DNA of 63,280 bases, filler included, from Licmophora abbreviata (GCA_900291995.1; 50 parts of 50 records of this genome joined end to end with filler, not necessarily neighbours in it), one strand, 5' to 3'. Counted from the first letter of the whole stretch, positions 48,936-62,061 are shown. Notes: generated from the sequence alone by a model not told the origin. Program-made: numbers and translations.

Positions 48936-49788
48936 TCACAAGGACCGCGTCAAGTTTGAGCTGTTTTGTCCCGCAGTTTCCATTAGTTCGTTGAAACTCA
49001 GTCCTTTCTCCTTGACGGCAGTGTTGTACCTCAAACAGTAAGTCCCGTCCAGAACACCATCGATTATGGAAGGCCCCAATACCTCTTTCACGCCAGGGAA
49101 GGATGACATTAACTTCGATAGCGATGCGTTAAGAAAGAGCAATTCGACCTCACTAATCCTATAAATCTCGCACGCTGGATAGGAAAGCGAATGGGCATCA
49201 TGGATCATTTCGTAGTTTTTTCTAGGGGAGAGGTGTTGCCTCCAATCCCTCGACATCTGCGACCCACAGCACACTCTTAAAATATCCCAGTATCTGATGT
49301 ATTCATGAACACGCACCATTTGCTCGTCTGACAAACCGAATATGCTTTGGTACTCGAATACTATGCTAGCGCCAGCCCGTCCAAGGTCATGGATATTCTG
49401 GTCGTACTTGATGTTGCAGCCTTTCAATCGTAGCTCCTCGACCTCTGCACTTTTGTATTGCCGCGACGTAACAAAAACCCAGGTGTCATTATTTTCGATC
49501 TCTGGGACTTGACTGAGAATATGTGTTTTTCTGACAAAGGGCGCATCACGGGCATGGGTACCTCTACCATTTTGTTTGCACTCAAGTTGGGTCACCAGGG
49601 AGAAGTCCCCTGTTTGTACTGCGTCGTCGTAAAGTCTCGAAAACATACAGGCACAAACCGTCATGAACTGGAACGTTGTAGCAGTTCTCGGGCTTCCATA
49701 CTGAACGATTATGGTCGGCAGGTCTACAGATTCAGGAATATTCTCTCCTGGTGAAGAAGCAGCAGCCTCCGAAAACATTTTGTAACTC
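48936..49788 (-). CDS. Sulfotransferase-like protein, 5'-truncated
   Basis: QYGSPRTATTFQ resembles the 5'-PSB loop; VRKTH motif. Confidence 0.45.
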
Positions 49789-49888
49789 NNNNNNNNNNNN
49801 NNNNNNNNNNNNNNNNNNNNNNNNNNNNNNNNTTAATTAATTAANNNNNNNNNNNNNNNNNNNNNNNNNNNNNNNNNNNNNNNNNNNN

Positions 49889-50759
49889 GCCGTAGTAGAC
49901 AAAAGCAGCTCCATTCGCATGGCGTTTGTCATAGACCCAGACCATGCAAGTCTTGTGGACTCCATCACGCGAGACATGGTCAACGACGTATTCCTTGCCA
50001 CGCAAGAACTCTTGGCAGAGTACCGAAGAGTTCACTCCACCATTGACCAGTTGCGATTTCATGAGTGTTTCAAAGTGATCCTTGGCCTCCTCAAACGAGT
50101 GACAGAGCTTGACTCCGTCCGATCCAGCACTTTCGGTGGGCTTGAGGACGACAGGATAATGCTCCGTCTTGAGAAATTCCTCGACCTCCTCAAACTTTTC
50201 ACCTCCCGCTTGACGCACCGACCGCAAGCCGCGTTCCTTGATGAGTTCTTGCTGCAATTTCTTGTCACGTCGGTTCGGAATACCCGTTCCGTTGGTCCTC
50301 ACGCCGAGTGCCTCGCTAAGCGCGTCGGCCAGATCCACTCCGGCCTCGCCACCGGCAATGCAAGCCACGACAGTAAGCGTATCCGCAGCTTTCAAGACGG
50401 CGGCCTTGGAGGCTTCAAGCGTGTCGCACTCGGTGAGTTCCGTGAAGTACTCGAGGTGTTCGCACGAGAGTGGTACGTGCGATTTCATGTCTTCCGAAAA
50501 GTCCTTGGTCCAAAGACACATCAGCTGATATCCGCGGCGATGAATCTCTTGTGCAATCAGACATCCAGTCGAGTCTTTTGAACGAAAATAGTAGAACAGA
50601 AAGTAGGACAGGGTAAGCGATCCGAACTCAAAACTCGTGTAAAGTTTCCAACGGCTTCAAAATTAGATACTCACAAGGATCGACGACAACGACGATGCCG
50701 TCAGAAGGGTTCATCGTGCCTATAGAATCTTCTATGCTTGGGTGGGAGAGAGGGGGCAT
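49889..50759 (-). CDS. ATP-grasp (carboxylate-amine ligase-like) protein, intron 50575-50674, 3'-truncated
   Basis: Spliced VVVDPYSTG; GGEAGV.LAD, RRDK, PVVLKP..SAGSDGV, QEFL.GKEYVVD.VS. Confidence 0.85.
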
Positions 50760-52353
50760 GATGCACAGAGGCGCTTCTTCTGCTGCTGTGCAAAAGAGAA
50801 ATGCAAACAAGGGCGCTTAGGCTCATTCAGGCCGCAACTGCAGCAGATGGCGACGAAGTGTTTTCCAATTGCCGACGTACGAAGGCACAGAACTTGTTTA
50901 GCTCGGTCACGGTTGCTACGTCAGTCGTACGTACAACTACGTAGACGTATACTCGTAAACAGGACTGAAAGTTCAAAGTGTGACTGGAAGTCGTGGATCC
51001 GGGTGATGATTGTGGATTTCGANNNNNNNNNNNNNNNNNNNNNNNNNNNNNNNNNNNNNNNNNNNNTTAATTAATTAANNNNNNNNNNNNNNNNNNNNNN
51101 NNNNNNNNNNNNNNNNNNNNNNCGGCGTGCAGACGGCTTTCCCGGCCGCCATCATTGGCGTGACGGCCGAGAACTCTACACAACTCCCCCCCTCTGCTGT
51201 TAATCGGGGTTCTTCTCCTCTCTGACCTGGCATTGACTTTTCTGACGCGTGTTTCTTAATAGTATCCATCTTGATTGGTGAAGGGCCGGCATGAGGATGA
51301 CCTGTTTGGACACAACAGAACAAAACGCGAAGGGCATGTGCAAAATGAAAGACGATGAGTGCGCGAATCTTGCAGAAAACAAAGGACGTTTCGGGGATAA
51401 GTAACTTTGCTCGTAGCCTTCAGTACAAACTGTACGGCATTGGCGACTGAGAATCATGCGTCAGCTATCAGAGCCACATCGACAGAATACAAGTGTCTAG
51501 GGTTTGAAAATGACTTAACGAAATGCCAGGAGCTTTGTACCCAGAGCCAGATAAGACTTCAACTGGTCGTCACACTGTGACATCGCAGACACAGAACGTC
51601 ATCGGAAGACAGGCGAAATCCGTACGAATCCAGGCCGTGGCTGGTGCCAGGCACCATGATGCCGATGTTTGAAGCGCCAGAATTGAGTCTCCTGGGATGA
51701 ACTGAGAACTCCAAAGTGTGTCGTCAGGTAACTTAGAGAGGAAAACGAAGAGCCGGAACACATAATAATCGATCCCGTCAAACTAGCGGATCGGACGATG
51801 GAGTTCCGGCTGGACCAGGAAAAGAGAAAAAAGCCAGCCTTCCGTCCGTCGGGAGCTACTACAGGATGGGTTTGCAGTTTCCCCAGACGATCGAAAGGCT
51901 TACACGGTGTGGCGATGTACCATCATCCTACAATTACACGCTGAGAATCAAGCGGCCACACAGGAAAATAGATGTTCGACGGCAGAGCCATCGCCACAGG
52001 ACTTACGTCCCCACCACGATGCCACGATTCGAAAACGTTTCGCCTTGCGGTCGAAAATGACCGCGAGAAGCTCATTGTCTCTCTCTCATGTCCTCTCATT
52101 TCTTACCTTCAACTTTGACAGAGTCCATTCTTTCCTACGTCTCTTCGCTCAGCTTTGAGGATGCTGCTGATTTGAAGGCGCACACGTGGGAGAAAGGTGA
52201 TTGATGTGAGAAAGATCTTTCGAGAGCGAAAAAGATCTGCGGGAAGCAAAAGCNNNNNNNNNNNNNNNNNNNNNNNNNNNNNNNNNNNNNNNNNNNNTTA
52301 ATTAATTAANNNNNNNNNNNNNNNNNNNNNNNNNNNNNNNNNNNNNNNNNNNN

Positions 52354-53486
52354 CATTCCGGCATTCCCAAATTTTCAAACTGCAGCATTCCTGACACTGG
52401 CGTAGCTCGTTCATATGGATCAAAGCCCGAAGAACCTGTCAATTGGGACTCCAGCTTGCATGCTTTTATGCCATATTGAAAGGCTTGAAACCACTCGATG
52501 TCAGAAACACCTCTTCTCTCACCTGGACACTGCTTCCGACTCGGGTTGAAATGAGGTACACTATATTCTGTGGCAGCACAAATGGCGGAAGAGACGTTTT
52601 CTGTTCCCTTAGCTGGCAAGGTGAGCAAATTCACTTCAAAATGCCTGGCGACTCTGTTCATCTGGTGAAAGAGCTGCAGTCCAAAGATCTGGTAATGTTC
52701 ACAAAATGGCCTTGCCATTTCCTCAGGCATCATTGCTGTTGAGTTAATCTGGGCAAAAACACGGTACTTTGTTCTTTCAAGGATCGTCAGTAAGTCACCA
52801 AACGTCTTGCTCGAGAATGACGCAACAGCAACAAGCTGCAAGTCGTAAATCAAGCCGTGATTGTTTGACGAAGTGTAGTCGATTCCAGCTGCACGTGCAC
52901 TACTCAACCAATCAACGTATGACTCAGTCCAGTTCCGAAGCGTATGCAGCTGGTCTACAGACATTTCTCCAGCCTTAACGAGGAGACGGACTCCGTCCAG
53001 TAAGGACACCAGTTCCGTCATATCAACGACGGAACCAAATTTGGTCGATCCACGCCACTGAGCATAGTTCAGGTTTGGATTCATTCCCGTAGCTGGGCTC
53101 AGAAACCATGTATCGATGTTTTCAACAGCTTTTCTGGCATACCGAGAGTCTTCTGTGAAATACCAGGCAAAAATTAGCTTGGAGGTGGTGGAGAACATTT
53201 GCAATCGTCGAGTGTTATCAAATTGCATGCTCTCCACTGTATTTGCCATAGCTCCAATGTATGGATGACCATCCCTAACGATGCACGGAAAGTACTGTGT
53301 CGCATTCGCGGGCCAGCAATAGTATTCAGGACTCAGGTAGTCTTTCTTATCGTTGCTTGGCGGTAAGAAGTGCTTGTCGAGCACTGAGAGCGAAGACAGA
53401 TTCAAAGCAGCTTCGGCATGCTTAACAGTATAGGTGACCAATTGTGACAGTGAGGGAGAGGCGGATGATCGATAGAGACCTTTCTC
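52354..53486 (-). CDS. Alginate lyase domain protein (PF05426-like alpha-toroid)
   Basis: DK.DY.S...Y.WP, RDG, AWYFT...YA, WFL...T.MNPNLNYAQ, NNHG..YD.Q, E..RP...HY..F.L. Confidence 0.8.
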
Positions 53487-53586
53487 NNNNNNNNNNNNNN
53501 NNNNNNNNNNNNNNNNNNNNNNNNNNNNNNTTAATTAATTAANNNNNNNNNNNNNNNNNNNNNNNNNNNNNNNNNNNNNNNNNNNN

Positions 53587-53880
53587 ATGACAGGAACGCC
53601 AAGCATGCAGAGGCAATACAGGAGGTTGATAGACATCTTGACTGCAATGCGTCCTGCGACAAGTTCAGAGCCGTAGGTGGACGATTCGACAGTGTTCTGT
53701 CGTTTCGAGTACCACATAATCGGCGTCTTGTTCAGATAGAGGATCACGCCAGTGACGGAGCGGCGAGTGACGAGGCAGCTTCCATGGCTGGCATCGAAGT
53801 ATCCACTGACTTTGATGGGGTTTTTGATGGGGTTGCCTTTCGGAGGGGGCATGTTCGGAGGAAGCTCGTCCTGAGCATCA
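53587..53880 (-). pseudogene. Degenerate copia (CoDi-like) RNase H fragment
   Basis: FDASHG...TRRSVTG, PI.WYSKRQNTVESSTYGSE; homology stops near 53880. Confidence 0.85.
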
Positions 53881-54818
53881 GGACGAGCTTAACAGTCTCG
53901 AGATTCTTCCTACAAGCAAGCAATCATGAGTCGATTTACTACAGAAGTGGAAAGCGGTTGCATATCGTTTTGACTCAAGAATTGGTTGCCGCGGTTGAGG
54001 CTTTCATCCGAAGCTCTCCAGGTACTAGTCATAGTCGAAATCTTTCTGTTAGGGCTAATTGAGTTCACTTAACGATTGCGCTTAGCCCCAGTCGTCGTAT
54101 GGATTGCTTGCCTATCATAGAAACGCTGAGTGTGATACCAAAAGTGTCACATATTACTAGGGTGTCATTCTCGTCGGTTCCTATTTTCCAGTGCTCGTCA
54201 AGATTCGTCGTCTGCTGCGCTCGCCACTTCGACAATCGACTGAACCTTCCACTGCTGTACGGTGGCTGGCGCGGCAGTCTCGTATTTGGACGTTCGCTTG
54301 GACGTTCGCTGCGGTGCTGCGTCAAAGGATGAGTTCGGGCGCTGGCTACTGTATCGCCCACTACTGCACCACGGCGACTCCCCTTTCAAGCTGGCATCGT
54401 AGCTAGGGCGTCTCAGAATCACTGTACCTGCCGCTATTGTATGAGTTCAAAACAGACTCGTCGTCCGAATGCACCGATCGCCAAGCGGGTGTCTCGGCAG
54501 CAGAAGAAGAGCGCGCGCACACACACTGTACCACGGAGCGTCGCTCTCCGGGCTGCCCAGTTGCTTCATGGAAAACGACGAGCCACGGTATCTTCCGTAG
54601 ACAAGGGACCTTCACGAGGAGCAAAATGTTGACACGTCCTTCCGTCCTCCGTCCGTCTGCTCAGAATTTTTGAAGTCGGCGGCGCGCGCTTTTTCGACCA
54701 CAGAGTCAGGCTGGATTGNNNNNNNNNNNNNNNNNNNNNNNNNNNNNNNNNNNNNNNNNNNNTTAATTAATTAANNNNNNNNNNNNNNNNNNNNNNNNNN
54801 NNNNNNNNNNNNNNNNNN

Positions 54819-55949
54819 GCACGTTCAGTAGGAAACGGGGAGCTGGAAGTGGCCCGCGGCGCTGCAGGTCCCACACCGCATGGAGGTCCAGGTTTGTGTG
54901 GATCTGAACGGCACCCTTCGATCCATCTCGATAGCACATTGCATATGCTTCACGATTCAAAATTTTCCTTTTTGCCCAGAATGCAGCCCGGACACCCTCT
55001 GGCGCGATATATATCTGACTGGGTTTCTTTTCTCTTGCGTTGGTGCTAAATGGCCAGTCGCCTATTTTCTCTGAGTGTGTCCCAAGGAACCGCATGCGAA
55101 GTTTCATCGCGTACTCGACGACTGGTGCAACATTGTATCCACGGTCGAACAAGCTCGTCACGTCTAGTCGGCCCATGAGAGTATTGTCGCCAACCCCATA
55201 GTTGAGATGATGGAGCAAGCTTTTGACGATTGGTCCAGCACTGTCCCCGTGTCGACTAAAATGGACAGAGAGTATGAGATTGGTGTCTGCTGAGCCTAGT
55301 CCATTCATGACAGGGCCAATACGGCTACCACGAAACCCAGTCATCTGAAGCCCCTCGCCCCGAAAGGAACGACTAGAATGCCGCAACTTGTCGTCGTCAA
55401 TGGTGATATCTGTCGAACCTTCAAAAAGGAAATTACGACCTTGTTCCCCTAATTCACGCTCCATCTTGAGAATGATTGGATTGTGCTGGTGCATATTTCC
55501 CCATATGTTGGTGTGACGCACAAGTTCTTCGTCAGTGTGTTCCATGACATCAACTTTCTCAAGTCCTGCGCCAATATACTTAAATAGAAGCTTGTACCTA
55601 TCGTAGTCCATGCAAAGACACGCTCCTTTCATATACCACTCAGTATCGTTGAAGATGCTCTGCGCAGTCGTCCCGTAAACAAACTGAGCAATCCACACAC
55701 GGATCATTTCCATGATCTCCAAATCTGTTGCTTCTACTGCTTCCGATGGTAGTCGCTCGTTGATGTATCCTACCATCATAACGTAGAAATTACGGCTCAG
55801 AAAAACGTTCGCAAAATCGGCGCGATCCATGGGTTCGTGCGATCCCCGGGTCGTACCACACAATCTTCGACATTTTGCAAGCGTTGGAGTTATAGCAGCC
55901 TTGCAGGACTTGAGAAGGTCATTTGCGGCTCCATTCACTTCAATACGCC
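54819..55949 (-). mobile_element. Putative DDE transposase, piggyBac-like
   Basis: ITIDDDK, FDRGY and F.GT motifs spaced as in piggyBac/IS4-like catalytic cores. Confidence 0.5.
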
Positions 55950-56049
55950 NNNNNNNNNNNNNNNNNNNNNNNNNNNNNNNNNNNNNNNNNNNNTTAATTA
56001 ATTAANNNNNNNNNNNNNNNNNNNNNNNNNNNNNNNNNNNNNNNNNNNN

Positions 56050-57175
56050 ATCACCTTCAACGATGGCTGTCACTGGAATAGGCCATATAGTGGGAGTGCT
56101 GTCGTCGTCCTCACTACCGGGACCACTAGCAAGAAACCGTGTCGATTCGATTGGTTTAGCGTCATCCTCAGGAAGAATCAGCAATGGAAAGCCAATTCTT
56201 GTCGTCCACGGAGTCATAAGTGCAAGCCCTGGTTTCCCAGAGATATCCTCCATAGCTTGCCAGAACATGGGAGTCGTTGCATTCCCATAAGCGTGACGGC
56301 TCAAATACAGTTGCATGCCCTCAAGGAAAATATCGAATCCAATAAAGGAAGCGCACATACGAATAATGGAAGCACCTTTCGCGTACGAAATGGCGTCGAA
56401 AATCTCATTGATTTCATCTGGATGTTTGACCTCCACTTCCACTGGATGCGAGGTCTTCATCGCATCCAGATTCTGCGCAAGCCCAAAAACGCTCTGCACA
56501 AACTCCAACCAAGCCTCCCACTCCGGAAAGATGGCGTCTATTCCAACGAATTCACTGAAGCGAGCCACGCCTTCCTTAAGCCACAGCTGGGTCCAGAACT
56601 CCATTGTCACTAGATTTCCAAACCATTGATGGGCCAGTTCATGACACACCGTACGAGCAATTCCTCGCTTCGCAGTCTCCGACGTCGAGCCTTCCTTTAC
56701 GAGAACCTTTGCCTCGCGATACGTGACACATCCCCAGTTCTCCATGGCCCCTGCAGCAAAGTCTGGAATGGCAAGCAGATCGGACTTTACGAGGGGATAC
56801 GGAACACCAAAGAGCTTCTGAAATAGATCGAGGCATTTGGCGGCCGTATCAAGACAAAAGTGCCCTTGATGAGCCTTCCCGGGAACTGTGTACACAGTCG
56901 TCTGAATGCCATGCGAAGTCTTTGAAATGGAATCGAACTCTCCCACTACCAAAGCAAGCAAGTAGGTCGACATTTTGGGCGTTTCTTGGTACGTGATGGT
57001 CTTATGAAAAGCGCCATTCTGGTACCCAGTATGGACAGCCGCAGGCGGGGTATTTGAAATGCAGTCGAGTTTCCCTGGAATGGTCACCTTCAACCGAAAG
57101 GTAGCCTTGAGAGCTGGTTCATCCAGACAAGGGAAGGCCAACCGCGCATCCGTTGGCTCGAATTGCGTCGTGGCC
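56050..57175 (-). CDS. M1 family aminopeptidase (puromycin-sensitive type), internal fragment
   Basis: [50 protein letters not shown]. Confidence 0.96.
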
Positions 57176-57483
57176 NNNNNNNNNNNNNNNNNNNNNNNNN
57201 NNNNNNNNNNNNNNNNNNNTTAATTAATTAANNNNNNNNNNNNNNNNNNNNNNNNNNNNNNNNNNNNNNNNNNNNTAGGTGAAAACAAGGGAGCCATTGG
57301 CCGTGGTGTAACCGACTTGCGTCGATACATTCATTTTCAATCTTGGCAGATGAATTCTACAGCAAACAGACAGATGGCGGGCTGATGAGGCGACCGGAAC
57401 GCCGACCAAAACATATGATAGCAGTCTCCGTTTGGAGACGAGTTGAAGACATATAGCGACGGTGTCACTTGCTAACGCGGCCA

Positions 57484-58398
57484 TTAAACGCTACGCTGCG
57501 CAAGATATCGTGTCATGGAAGATATCTGCATATTCCTCTCTTCCCAGTTGAACGCGCCAAAATGATCTTCCATTATGGCCATGCAGGTGATATCAGCCCG
57601 AATTGCGATATCTCTCACATAATCCGCAGCGTCAGTTCGCGAAACCATGGAATCGCCAACGAAATGCTTCAGGTACGAGGCGGAGTTCCCAGGAAGACCT
57701 TCCCGCAGCCGCACGCTCACTTTGTGTAGCTGAGCATCGGGCATGGCCAGAATGAAGATTGTTACAAAGCCGAACTCACCGCTGACAAGACTGCTCGACA
57801 GCGTATCGCAATCCAGTCCTTCGCCATGAATCAGTTCGTGCAACCGAGACCCTCTATCAACAAAAACGATGTGAATGTTATCGTTTCCTACATGTCGCTT
57901 CCTGTTGTTCACGCCCGATGGCATCAGCGCGACGCAGTGGAAGACAACCATTGTAGTAGCCCTGTGATCGTCACCATCAGAATCCAAATAGACGAATGTA
58001 AACCTGCCATCAGCGTCATAGCCTGAAGAGTCCAATCCTGCCGAATAGTACTTGAGATGCCGTGTTAAGGCCATGGACCCCAGCGTGCGAGCAAACGCAA
58101 AGAAGTCCGGGGAAGCACCGCTGGCGGTGAGAATCATGTTCTCGAGAGTTGGTTCTGCTTTCGATGCTTTGTTCGGCTCGCCGGCAAACAGAAGAGCAAT
58201 CTTATGGGTATTGAGCACGCTCGTTCGATCAAGAATAGATACAGCTCGACTGACGTTGGCGCTACTGTGTAGTCGCTTAATAGGCAAAAGATACCCCGGA
58301 AATCTATTCGACATCGGGTGCGCCCCGCTTGGACTATTCCATCCCAAAGATTCAGTCGAGAACCCAAGAGGGAGCAGCTGTCTTTCAACATCAGTCAG
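57484..58398 (-). CDS. Rap/Ran-GAP domain protein (tuberin TSC2/RalGAP-alpha-like), C-terminus
   Basis: LDRT....THKIALL, Y.AGLD, VFH...LMP, RKRHVGND.IHIVF, GEFG.V.I, W.ER...I. Confidence 0.85.
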   Translation of the reverse strand: MTDVERQLLPLGFSTESLGWNSPSGAHPMSNRFPGYLLPIKRLHSSANVSRAVSILDRTSVLNTHKIALLFAGEPNKASKAEPTLENMILTASGASPDFFAFARTLGSMALTRHLKYYSAGLDSSGYDADGRFTFVYLDSDGDDHRATTMVVFHCVALMPSGVNNRKRHVGNDNIHIVFVDRGSRLHELIHGEGLDCDTLSSSLVSGEFGFVTIFILAMPDAQLHKVSVRLREGLPGNSASYLKHFVGDSMVSRTDAADYVRDIAIRADITCMAIMEDHFGAFNWEERNMQISSMTRYLAQRSV

Positions 58399-58730
58399 NN
58401 NNNNNNNNNNNNNNNNNNNNNNNNNNNNNNNNNNNNNNNNNNTTAATTAATTAANNNNNNNNNNNNNNNNNNNNNNNNNNNNNNNNNNNNNNNNNNNNAG
58501 ATTCCATACCAGGTACGAGTAGTACCGTAACTTCGGGCCTGCACCCTAGGTCTAGTCTACGAGTAGTCCATTGATATTTTGCTTGCTTCTCTTTGCTGCT
58601 GTCTGTCCGTCTCTAACGACCGACGGCAGTCAATCCTTCGTGCCGGCGCCAATACGATACAATATTTTGTGCCACGTAGAACTCGCAGCTGTGTTTCTTT
58701 TCATTCATGTGCACCACACACAACCACACC

Positions 58731-59621
58731 ATGACGAGCACCAGCATGAGCCATCCGTCCGACTCGAAGCGCGTCGAAGGCATTCACGTGTACCGTGTTA
58801 AACTAGCAGCCGGAAGGATTCGACTGTATCATGTCTTCTTCATTCTGCTGTATCTGTATCAGCTGTTTTGGGTCACGTCGACGATTGGAGAGCCCTATCG
58901 ACTCTTTCTCGAAAAGGCCGATCGAGAGGGATTTCAAGGTGTGTATACATTCTGTATTCTAGTGTAGATGTTTCCTATATTGACTCTATCGAAATAAAGA
59001 AAGAATTGGAATAGAGAAAACTGAAAGTTTGAAACTAAGTTTGGACCAGCTCCGATGCCATCAGATGAGCTCTCAATGATGCCCCTCTACTGTCTCCATT
59101 CTCACTCCGTTCCTTCTCCCCTCACTCCTACCTCTCCCTGGCCTCATACTGTAGTCATGGAAGGACAGACCAAGATGAGAGCGGAGCTGGAGCACTCACT
59201 GGGCGACATCAACGACCCCAACCGCTTCACCAAGAAAATCGGCTGGTTCGACTGGATGCAGATGGACATTGAAGAGCACGCCGAACGAAAAAAGCGGGAA
59301 AAGGAACAGAATGTTCTCGACAGTCTGCCTAAAAAGATGAGAGTACCCAAAAAGTACTCTCCCGCCTTTACTCCGTCTCTGATACTCGGGATATTTGTGG
59401 TATTGCATGCCCTCATTATGCTCATGCAACACTGGAGCGTCGCATTCAATGTGTGGTTGAACTACCGAGAGTTGGATGCATCCGATGTGGAACTCAGCGA
59501 CGAAATCATGGAACTCAATCTTGACGACGAACCGCAACAGTCTGCGAAAACCACTTCTGCGAAAGCCGACGGCTCCAAGACTGTCATGGCAGACCGAGCC
59601 ATCACCACCACCCCCTCGCAT
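58731..59621 (+). CDS. Probable P5A-type ATPase (ATP13A1/SPF1-like) N-terminus, intron 58939-59154
   Basis: Two N-terminal TM helices, LHAL..L..HWSV.F motif; GT-AG intron joins the ORFs in frame. Confidence 0.55.
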
Positions 59622-59721
59622 NNNNNNNNNNNNNNNNNNNNNNNNNNNNNNNNNNNNNNNNNNNNTTAATTAATTAANNNNNNNNNNNNNNNNNNNNNNN
59701 NNNNNNNNNNNNNNNNNNNNN

Positions 59722-60842
59722 CCAACGTTGCATTCACCAGTTGCCTCGCATTCTGAATCGGTCGTGAATTGCGCGTCGACGGCTCCGAAGGCGCAGCCAT
59801 CACCCAGCTGTTCGGGAGTCGTGTCACTGTAGTCGAAATAGTTCAGAGCATTCGTCGTGAAGGGTACCCAGTTTCCCCATCCGTAGTCAGTCTGTTCCCT
59901 CACGCTCACGCTGCACAAGTTGACACTTCCTGTCACAAAGTACACTTTCAGAGTATAGTCTCCCTCCTCGAGGTAGAGATCAGTGTCGTCCCAGACGACA
60001 TCCCTGTATTCATTCCAGCCGAGAGCTGGCGCATCAAAGGTAGCCGTCAGTGTCCTTGCTGGTTCCATGCCCCATCTGACTCCAGGCAGTTCGAGCTTGA
60101 TAGACTTCTTCTCTTCTAGGCTGGCAATACGCAGATAAACAACAAAGTCATCGTCATCGACAACTCGAAAGTCGTAGGAGAGCCATTCGCCTTCCTTGGT
60201 CCATCCTACACTGCACTCGCTGTCATCTCGGTCGTTGCATACTGAGTCACTTGTGAATAATGCATCTACCGGACCATTCCCACAATTCCCGTTGAGTGTG
60301 GTGTCGGCTTCATAAAAGTCGGAATACTCAAGCGCGCTCACTGTGAAGGGAACTATCTGGCTGTTGCTGGATGTATCGTCCGACAAGGTCACACGGACGG
60401 AGCAAATATTGACTCTGCCCGTGATGAATCTGACTGTCAAGGTATGCTTATTGTCTGGATATCCATTCACTTCGACATCCTTCCACACGACATTTTCGAA
60501 CGCCTGATAGCCTTTGCCGGGTGAATGGAATACGGGCGAGACGTTGTCGGTATCGTCGAGTAGGAGTTGAAAGGTCTTCTCAGAGTCCCTGCTTGCAACA
60601 CGAACAGTAATGTCTACATCGAAGTCGTCTCTGCCTCTTGGTGTATAGAATGTGTACTCGAGCAGTTCCCCTGGCTGAGTCCATCCGACGTTGCATTCAT
60701 CGACCAGTCGGCATTCCGCATCAGAGGTATATTGGGCATCCACGTTTCCACCCTTGGGGCAGTTTCCAATGTGGCGACTGGTCTTTTCGACAGCCCGTGA
60801 ATACGACAAGGCGCTGGTCGTGAAGGGTACATTGAGGATTTC
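59722..60842 (-). CDS. Protein with tandem CBM6-like carbohydrate-binding modules
   Basis: Three repeats of VDA..T.D..C...C.VGWT..GE.L.Y.F ... G.VN.CSV.V. Confidence 0.75.
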
Positions 60843-60942
60843 NNNNNNNNNNNNNNNNNNNNNNNNNNNNNNNNNNNNNNNNNNNNTTAATTAATTAANN
60901 NNNNNNNNNNNNNNNNNNNNNNNNNNNNNNNNNNNNNNNNNN

Positions 60943-61257
60943 CTCTTCCACTAAATTCTCGTCCACTACCGGCTCTTGCACAACAAAGGAGATCCTCACG
61001 GGATCCACCCGTACTTCTACGATTGGTATTTCCGTGAATGGTGCCACGCTGGGACTATTTGTGAGTTTCCAGGACGGAGGTGCGTTGACAGGAGAGGGAG
61101 TAAAATGCTGAAACACATTCAAGTTTCTGTTCTTTGTGTCGCTTCTCGTCGCTGTGGTGGATGCTGCTGCATCGAACTCTCGTTGCTGCCGCATCGCACG
61201 GGCAACAGCAGCACAGACGCAGCAGCAAGCAACAAATTTGCAAGCCCTTCGGCTCAT
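60943..61257 (-). CDS. Secreted/cell-surface protein N-terminus
   Basis: Signal-like N-terminus, RNL site, TPSP.NAP/SPSVAP linker. Confidence 0.45.
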
Positions 61258-61599
61258 GATGACAATGTCAGAGTGCGCATCTGTGGACGGATTGAACGAA
61301 CGAACGATCGATCCTCAAGCACAACATAGGTACGCACACGCATTGGTGTGTGTGGTCGGTCTTGTGAGCGCTTTGACAGGCTCGGCTCGCTCGGCATCAG
61401 AAAGGGAATGCGCGCGCCCGTCTGACCGTCCGCCCAAAATCATCTACTCTCTGATCACCCGGAGCTGATGATGACTCACACTGCGCGACAACGAGGCGCC
61501 AATGACGAACGCTTTTTCCGAAGCGATAACAACCACAATCGGCACAAGAGTGAGTCGAGGCTTGCTCTGTCTTTGTAAGCAACGAAGCATCCCCCAGCC

Positions 61600-62061
61600 A
61601 TGTCGTCTCATCGTTACAGTCTCCTGGCTTCAACGCTGCTGTTGCTACTGCTTGGCGTCGCCGATGGCTTTGGCATGACCGCCAAGAGCAAGAAGTCTTC
61701 TCGTTGCACTCGTGCCAGTCAAGAAGCGATTGAGATCTTCAACCGCCAGTATCCCTTTGGACGTGAACCCCCCAAGCGCGGAGCTTTCCTTGACTTTGGC
61801 ATGCCGACTCGTGATCTCGATGGAACCCTTCTCAAGAGTGGCGGTGGGGGGAAGCGATTGAGCGACATTACCGAAAAACAAGCGGGGACTGCCTTTGCAG
61901 CACTGGCTAAACTGTACGGCGACGAGAATGCACTGGAAATGGTCAAGATTCAGCCGCTCGCGCTGGCCTTCAACTCGAAACAATTTGAACCGTCTTTAAA
62001 GGAACTCAGTACTATCTTTGGGGACGACGAAGCCAAGGCCCTAGTATTGCGGAACCCCGGC
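61600..62061 (+). CDS. Probable plastid-targeted hypothetical protein, 3'-truncated
   Basis: Signal peptide ending ADG|F plus basic/Ser transit peptide; helical repeats FG.DEA..LV.RNP. Confidence 0.6.

Noticed and set aside
51123..52253. Short ORFs in this contig
   Set aside because: No homology cues or consistent exon structure; treated as probably non-coding
61460..61560. CTGATGA motif as a hammerhead ribozyme
   Set aside because: No GAAA closing the candidate stem II; lies in the intergenic region between divergent genes
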